From Crocosphaera subtropica ATCC 51142 (GTDB lineage: Bacteria; Cyanobacteriota; Cyanobacteriia; Cyanobacteriales; Microcystaceae), in the NCBI RefSeq assembly GCF_000017845.1, contig NC_010546.1, positions 4,380,001 through 4,412,000 of the forward strand: DNA of 32,000 nt, given 5' to 3'. Positions 27,158 to 32,000 of this stretch are shown piece after piece (the stretch's first letter is position 1; each line of letters starts with the position of its first letter). The notes under the pieces are model-generated. The model saw only the letters and a list, made by a program, of their open reading frames with translations. It had not been told where the DNA came from and made no database searches. The translations under genes were made by a program, and so were the position numbers.

Positions 27158-27222
27158 GGCTGAGATGATGAGATGATGAGATTAAAATCTCCCCACTCCT
27201 TGACCATCTCACGACCTCACCA
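27158..27222 (-). promoter_or_regulatory. Intercistronic stem-loop (ccmM-ccmN) formed by a tandem GAGATGAT array and an opposing arm
   Basis: Plus-strand ggctgagatgatgagatgatgagat (27158..27182) faces catctcacgacctcacc (27205..27221). In the minus-strand mRNA this gives about 15 of 17 pairs, counting G-U. Confidence 0.35.
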
Positions 27223-27230
27223 CCCCATTC

Positions 27231-29231
27231 CTAAGGACGTTGGATAATGGTTTCTAAGACGCGCCGTTTGACTTGAGGATCAATCCCAATCAAGCGAACA
27301 TATTCCCCTTGATGCTCAGCTAAACAGCCTTCTAACGCTGCAATCACTTCGCTTTCACGGGTGCTATCGATGGGGGAGCAACTTTGCCAAGATTTGGTAC
27401 GGAAACGACGTTTATCGGCGTGTTCTGTGCCAATTTTATAGCCTTGGGACAGTAAAGACCGTACTTGAGCAACGGCCTCGGTGGTTAAATTACTGGTGGC
27501 TACTCGACCATTACCATTGCTATTGGTTGAATAACTACGAGTTTTAGACGGTGCTGTAGCTGTAGCGGTTGCTGTTGTGCTTCTTCCGTTACTGGGGTTA
27601 TCTCCTGGTCGTTGAATAATGGTTTCTGCAACCCGTCTTCTGGCTTGGCTATCGATACCGATCAAGCGAACATATTCCCCTTGATGCTCGGCTAAACAGC
27701 CTTCTAACGCTGCAATCACTTCACTTTCACGGGTGCTATCGATGGGGGAGCAACTTTGCCAAGATTTGGTACGAAAACGACGTTGACTAGCGTGTTCTGT
27801 GCCAATTTTGTATCCTTGGGAAAGTAAGGAACGCACTTGGGCGATCGCATCAGCACTTAAAGCACCACCACTAGCCGAAGCTGAGCCTTTTTTACCGGCT
27901 CTGGGGGATGCAACCCTACTGTTGCTCTGAATTCTACCGGGTTCTCCTGGCCGTTGAATAATGGTTTGAGAGACTCTCCGCTTAGCGTTGGGATCAACTC
28001 CGATCAAGCGGACGTACTCCCCTTGGTGTTCGGCTAAGAGTCCGTTTAATTGGTTGATCACCTCGGATTCTCGCTGACTATCAAAAGACGGACCAGTTAA
28101 CCAGGATTTTGTCTTGAAGCGACGAGATGTTGCATACTCTGTGCTGATTGTCAAGCCCTGATGGAGTAAAGCACGGACTTGGGAGGCCACATCGTCTCCT
28201 ACTTTACCGTTGCCGTTACTGGCAGCTTTGACGGAGGTTGTATCCACCTTGCTTTTGGTGGTAGTAATGCGACTCGGTTCTCCTGGGGTATCTTCTGGCC
28301 GTTGAACAATCAGTTCAAGGACACGACGTTTAGCACCGGTGTCGACCCCTAACAGGCGCACATATTCCCCTTGATGCTCTTGTAGAAAAGCCTCTAAATC
28401 TGCTAAAACTTGATCGGCACGACCTTCAAAGGTTCCGCCGGTTAACCAAGATTTCGTTTTAAAACGACGCTTATTTGCATATTCTGCCCCAATGGAATAC
28501 CCCTGGGACAGCAAAGAGCGTACTTGAGCTACAATGTTTGAACTTAAACTCATACTTGTCACCGAATTTCTATAATCACTCTGATTAATGTCTTTTATAG
28601 ACTTCCCTAACTGTTGACGAATGGGGGTAATACAGGCCTGGTTCTCAGCGCATTGATACCCGACTCGTAAGGCTTCGTTCACTTCTACCACATGATGGGC
28701 GAAGTGGCGATCGCTCTCTGTCACTTCAGGAAGGCGATCGGCCTGTTGTTGGTTGGTAATAACAGCACCAGAGGGGACATATTTTCCTGGGGGAACTTCT
28801 ACGTCTTGAATTAGGGCGTGCATCATGACGATACAGCCTTCACCCACTCTGGCGTTGAATATGGTTGAGCGAAACCCAATAAAACAGTCATCCCCGATGT
28901 AAGCCGGTCCGTGGATCAGAGCCATGTGAGTAATACAGGCTTCTTTTCCGATCCAAACAGAATATTCTTGGCCATCATCTCCCACAACCCGCCCTTTTTC
29001 TAGTCCGTGAATGACCACCCCATCTTGAATATTGGTTCCCTCACCAATATAAAAAGGAGTTCCTTCATCGGCCCTGATGGATGTTCCTGGGGCTATTAAA
29101 ACATTCGCCTCTACTTGAACATCGCCGATCAGATTAGAAAAGGAATGCACAAAGGCACTATCATCGATTTTGGGTTCTGCGAGGGTTTGCGACCAAGGTG
29201 TCGGGGGTGCCGCCCTTTTGCGGACTACCAT
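27231..29231 (-). CDS. ccmM: Carboxysome organising protein CcmM (gamma-carbonic-anhydrase domain plus four SSUL modules)
   Basis: 666-aa ORF. The N-terminal ~210 aa form a gamma-CA left-handed beta-helix ([30 protein letters not shown]). Four RbcS-like repeats follow, each ...[22 protein letters not shown]...[12 protein letters not shown]...KRRV...IIQRP. Confidence 0.95.
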   Translation of the reverse strand: MVVRKRAAPPTPWSQTLAEPKIDDSAFVHSFSNLIGDVQVEANVLIAPGTSIRADEGTPFYIGEGTNIQDGVVIHGLEKGRVVGDDGQEYSVWIGKEACITHMALIHGPAYIGDDCFIGFRSTIFNARVGEGCIVMMHALIQDVEVPPGKYVPSGAVITNQQQADRLPEVTESDRHFAHHVVEVNEALRVGYQCAENQACITPIRQQLGKSIKDINQSDYRNSVTSMSLSSNIVAQVRSLLSQGYSIGAEYANKRRFKTKSWLTGGTFEGRADQVLADLEAFLQEHQGEYVRLLGVDTGAKRRVLELIVQRPEDTPGEPSRITTTKSKVDTTSVKAASNGNGKVGDDVASQVRALLHQGLTISTEYATSRRFKTKSWLTGPSFDSQRESEVINQLNGLLAEHQGEYVRLIGVDPNAKRRVSQTIIQRPGEPGRIQSNSRVASPRAGKKGSASASGGALSADAIAQVRSLLSQGYKIGTEHASQRRFRTKSWQSCSPIDSTRESEVIAALEGCLAEHQGEYVRLIGIDSQARRRVAETIIQRPGDNPSNGRSTTATATATAPSKTRSYSTNSNGNGRVATSNLTTEAVAQVRSLLSQGYKIGTEHADKRRFRTKSWQSCSPIDSTRESEVIAALEGCLAEHQGEYVRLIGIDPQVKRRVLETIIQRP
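27234..28535 (-). repeat. Four SSUL (Rubisco small-subunit-like) coding repeats within ccmM
   Basis: Module boundaries derived from the translation: SSUL1 28296..28535 (aa 233-312), SSUL2 27948..28190 (aa 348-428), SSUL3 27606..27848 (aa 462-542), SSUL4 27234..27476 (aa 586-666). Confidence 0.9.
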
Positions 29232-29293
29232 GACAATTTTCGTCCTCCTCTTTAATAATTTAGTATCAGTTATTAGCAGACGTTAATGAGGGC

Positions 29294-29599
29294 TTAACCT
29301 CGTTCTGCGTCTTTTTTGCTATACAATCGATTATTTTCCACCGTAACCGTATCAATAATTCCCACTACCAGCGCATCTAAGGGACGGTGTTCCATACCGT
29401 CGTCGATACGAGCAGCACTGCCTCTTGATACCAATACCCACTCATTGACCCCTGCACCAACGAGATCACCGGCCACTTCATATTTAGGAAGTGGTTGCCC
29501 TTGAGCATCCATAAACTGAAGCAACAAGAGCTTTGTCCCTGTTAAACTGCGGGTCTTGTGGGTACTGACAACGGTACCTCGAACTTTGGCAATTTGCAT
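29294..29599 (-). CDS. ccmL: Carboxysome vertex (pentamer) protein CcmL
   Basis: 101-aa EutN/CcmL-family ORF (MQIAKVRGTVVSTHK...) in the conserved position between ccmK and ccmM. Confidence 0.93.
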   Translation of the reverse strand: MQIAKVRGTVVSTHKTRSLTGTKLLLLQFMDAQGQPLPKYEVAGDLVGAGVNEWVLVSRGSAARIDDGMEHRPLDALVVGIIDTVTVENNRLYSKKDAERG

Positions 29600-29618
29600 T
29601 ATGTTGGGAAATGACTAA

Positions 29619-29954
29619 TTATACGCGTCGTAAGGGAGGATTAACACTTTCACGGAATTGTTCTACTGCTTCGGTGTAACGAATGGGTAAAACATATTCG
29701 AGGTTTTCATGGGGTCTAGCAATGATGTGGGTAGATAAGACTTGTCCCCCGTTGACTCGGCCTGCGTTGTCGATGCCCGCAGAAACAGAGGCTTGAACTT
29801 CAGAAACGTCACCCCGAACAATAACGGTCACACGACCACTTCCGATTTTTTCGTAACCGACTAAGGTCACACGGGCTGCTTTTACCATGGCATCAGCAGC
29901 TTCGACTACGGCGGGAAAACCGAGGGTTTCTACCATTCCTACAGCAATTGACAT
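29619..29954 (-). CDS. ccmK1: Carboxysome shell hexamer protein CcmK (111-aa form with C-terminal extension; CcmK1-like)
   Basis: BMC-domain ORF ([48 protein letters not shown]). The extended tail [10 protein letters not shown] resembles Synechocystis CcmK1. Confidence 0.88.
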   Translation of the reverse strand: MSIAVGMVETLGFPAVVEAADAMVKAARVTLVGYEKIGSGRVTVIVRGDVSEVQASVSAGIDNAGRVNGGQVLSTHIIARPHENLEYVLPIRYTEAVEQFRESVNPPLRRV

Positions 29955-30016
29955 GAGTTGTTTCTCCTATAATTAATGAGTGTTGATTAAATTAACCGTT
30001 TTGCTGAAAAAAACGG

Positions 30017-30328
30017 CTAGTAAGCTCTAAATTGTTCTACTTCCTCGGTGTAGCGAATGGGTAGAACGTATTCGAGGTTTTCGTGGGGACGGGCAATGAT
30101 ATGGGTCGATAGAACCTCTCCCCCATTGACTCGGTTAGCGGCATCGATCCCCGCAGAGACAGATGCTTGCACTTCTGAAACATCGCCCCGCACAATAACC
30201 GTAACACGACCGCTTCCAATTTTTTCGTAGCCCACTAAGGTCACACGGGCTGCTTTTACCATAGCATCCGCTGCTTCTACGACAGCAGGAAAGCCCTTTG
30301 TTTCGATCATTCCAACGGCAATTGGCAT
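30017..30328 (-). CDS. ccmK2: Carboxysome major shell hexamer protein CcmK (103-aa form; CcmK2-like)
   Basis: BMC-domain ORF and first gene of the operon. Its 103-aa length and ...YTEEVEQFR end resemble CcmK2. Confidence 0.88.
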   Translation of the reverse strand: MPIAVGMIETKGFPAVVEAADAMVKAARVTLVGYEKIGSGRVTVIVRGDVSEVQASVSAGIDAANRVNGGEVLSTHIIARPHENLEYVLPIRYTEEVEQFRAY

Positions 30329-30576
30329 TGTTAATTATCCTCGCTTTAAGGCCAAAACTAAACTTAATTAATGAGAAGCTACCTAAAATTTTCCCTTGGC
30401 CCCATTTTGTTTAACTGTCAGAAAAGTTGCTCTTGGATTGGACAATCATCAAGCGAATAGATATATTTACCTAACAGCTTTGATTACCTTATCCTAGTCA
30501 AACTTAATTCTTCTAGTGTTAAAGGCTAGGCGAAAAATTTGCACGGGGGTAGCTAACTTATCAACCTTCTATATAA

Positions 30577-30605
30577 ACAATAGAGAACCTTGGCCCCTTT
30601 GACAA
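30577..30605 (-). promoter_or_regulatory. Promoter candidate for the ccm operon
   Basis: On the minus strand: TTGTCA (30605..30600), a 17-nt spacer, then TATTGT (30582..30577). This implies a ~240-nt leader before the ccmK2 ATG. It is a sequence match only. Confidence 0.2.
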
Positions 30606-30918
30606 TATAAACCGCCATGATATTTTCTAATCTGATGGTTAATCAAAGTTAATAGTTAAGCTCAAATCTAGGGGGGATGTTGTTTTATCCCTGACTGAGA
30701 CTTGCTCTGAGGGATCGGACTGTTTTATAATTTCTTCATCATGAGGACTAAAAATCCTCAATTAACTGATGACAGGGAATTTAAGGGGCTAGGGTCTGCT
30801 TTTACTTTTGCGGATTATCGTAGATGTCCTTTGTTCTGTTGTATAACTTTTTGAGATAGTTGTTCTAGGCATCTTTTGATTTTTCTGGGTAATCATACTG
30901 TTATTAATTAATAATTAA

Positions 30919-31110
30919 GGGTCGTCATCAACTTGTCCTCACTGTCATAAAACTAGAGATAAAGTTCATCAATCCCATTGGTATCGAGTGAGGGATATTC
31001 CTTTAAGTAGTTTTGATGTTTTTCTAATGGTTAATCGTCGTCAATTTGGATGTAAAAGAGGAAAGAGTTATGCAGCAGGGTTAGGAGATTTAGAGAGTAG
31101 AAAAGATTAA
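30919..31110 (+). mobile_element. Remnant of an ISL3-family transposase gene (N-terminal zinc-finger segment only)
   Basis: Own translation from 30934: CPHCHKTRDKVHQSHWYRVRDIPLSSFDVFLMVNRRQFGCKRG. This fits the zf-ISL3 pattern CPxC...H..W.R.VRD(L/I)P......V.L.V.RR.F.C. The frame has no start codon and stops at 31108..31110, and no DDE domain follows. Confidence 0.45.
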
Positions 31111-31230
31111 AAATAAAAAAAAGAGCGCAAAAAATTCAGGGACTTAAGAACAGCTATTAATACTCCGATCCTAGACTCTAAAGGCTCAACCCGAATGGTA
31201 GTATTATAATTATTCTCAATGTTGACTATG

Positions 31231-31575
31231 TTAACCTCCACTAATCTTAACTTTATAACCTAAATCTCCTAAAACGGTTAGTAACTTTTGACGATGATCT
31301 CCTTGAATTTCTAGAGTATCTTCTTTAACCGTTCCGCCGCTTCCACACTGACTTTTTAACTGTTTTAATAACTTATTTAAAGTCTCTGGAGAATGTTGAA
31401 AACCAGTCATTACCGTCACCGTTTTCCCTTTGCGTCCTGAACGAGTGGCCTGTATCCTAATATTTTGTTGCTGTGGTGGAAGATCAGGTACACTTCTTTC
31501 TAAAGCTTCTGGGTTAGATCTATCACCAAACTCTTGATAGGCTATAGATTTTGATTGATTACGCTTAGAAGACAT
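31231..31575 (-). CDS. SUI1/eIF1-family translation initiation factor-like protein (YciH type)
   Basis: 114-aa ORF with RKGKTVTVMTGF..., LLKQLKSQCGSGGTVKEDTLEIQGDHRQKL...LGYKVKISGG, which is typical of SUI1. Confidence 0.85.
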   Translation of the reverse strand: MSSKRNQSKSIAYQEFGDRSNPEALERSVPDLPPQQQNIRIQATRSGRKGKTVTVMTGFQHSPETLNKLLKQLKSQCGSGGTVKEDTLEIQGDHRQKLLTVLGDLGYKVKISGG

Positions 31576-31696
31576 AATGACGAAGAAAAGAACAACAATT
31601 ACTTGAATTTTACCCTAATCAATAGATATCTCAACGGGTTAACCTCGGTTCAACCTAAAATAATTTGCTTATAAATTAGTTAAAATTATTAGAATT

Positions 31697-32000
31697 CTAA
31701 TTTTTGGCAAAATTAGGATCTTGATTAACAAATTCTTTGGCACTAGAAATAATTAAAACGTCACGAAAACCGAACTGGTTTGATTCAGGATTTTTCAAGG
31801 TAATAGGAGAAGTATAATGTAAGAGTTTTGAATCATTAATTAACAACATTTCTCCAGGATTTAGGACTTTTCTAAAAACGATATTACCCTGATTATCTTT
31901 TAACTGAGTTTCTGAACCTAAGATATTATATTGATTAATACAAAGAATACCTAAAAAAGCAATATCATCACGGTGAAACCCCTCTGGTGTAGTAATTCCA
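31697..32000 (-). CDS. 3' end of a 2OG-Fe dioxygenase-like gene (partial; runs off the window)
   Basis: Own translation of the minus strand: ...TPEGFHRDDIAFLGILCINQYNILGSETQL...GEMLLINDSKLLHYTSPI...DPNFAKN, with stop TAG at 31699..31697. The PEG.HRD motif resembles the PF10014 2OG-Fe dioxygenase family. Confidence 0.45.
   Translation of the reverse strand, partial: GITTPEGFHRDDIAFLGILCINQYNILGSETQLKDNQGNIVFRKVLNPGEMLLINDSKLLHYTSPITLKNPESNQFGFRDVLIISSAKEFVNQDPNFAKN

Noticed and set aside
1-32000. A search of the whole window for CRISPR arrays, tRNA, rRNA, tmRNA or riboswitch-like elements.
   Set aside because: I saw no regularly spaced 25-40-nt direct repeats, no tRNA T-arm/acceptor signatures (GGTTCGAATCC-like) and no rRNA-like stretches. 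The cbiT upstream spacer (42 nt) is too short for a cobalamin riboswitch. The pyrR leader lacks the PyrR-binding UCCAGAGAGG loop.

Overview
This is a chromosomal segment of an AT-rich, unicellular beta-cyanobacterium. Gene content resembles Cyanothece, Crocosphaera or Synechocystis, and there are 13 perfect copies of the cyanobacterial HIP1 octamer GCGATCGC. All product calls come from motifs and family sequences I recognise by eye; no search was run.

Most of the window is housekeeping: clpC, short-form hisG, cinA, pyrR, a class-I FBA, a Deg/HtrA protease, rsmD, valS, a dipeptide-epimerase-like enolase, cdsA, cbiT, a tandem USP and a SUI1-family protein. A 30-codon psaM (21797..21889) is absent from the ORF track.

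The largest functional unit is a complete beta-carboxysome operon, ccmK2-ccmK1-ccmL-ccmM-ccmN, on the minus strand (30328 down to 26399). It is followed by a CrtO-type ketolase and a saccharopine-dehydrogenase-like gene.

Accessory material sits in small islets:
- 12.2-14.6 kb: a DUF29 gene, an orphan 2-TM glycine-zipper protein and two tandem YoeB/YefM-type toxin-antitoxin pairs.
- 18.36-19.79 kb: a low-GC cassette with a Uma2 nuclease-fold protein and a eukaryote-type sulfotransferase.
- 22.5-23.4 kb: a PEP-CTERM fragment and a DUF2887/Rpn-like protein.
- About 30.92-31.11 kb, upstream of the ccm operon: an ISL3 transposase remnant.

I found no rRNA, tRNA or CRISPR array.

The signals I consider most worth follow-up are:
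- A promoter-hairpin-U-tract unit 35 nt upstream of the protease gene. Its loop carries 10 of the 11 nt of the Yfr1 sRNA core.
- Four hexamers phased at exactly 11 bp, immediately upstream of that unit.
- A 112-nt, 96 % identical block shared by the two antitoxin genes, while the rest of each cassette has diverged.
- Recent gene conversion between SSUL modules 3 and 4 of ccmM, and cysteine pairs confined to those two modules.
- A long stem-loop between ccmM and ccmN built from tandem octamers.
- A 19-nt inverted-repeat element that supplies the C-terminus and stop codon of the Mut7-C gene.

I cannot point to a clear multi-gene system of a new type. The 12.2-14.6 kb islet and the Uma2-sulfotransferase pair are the best candidates, and both remain speculative.
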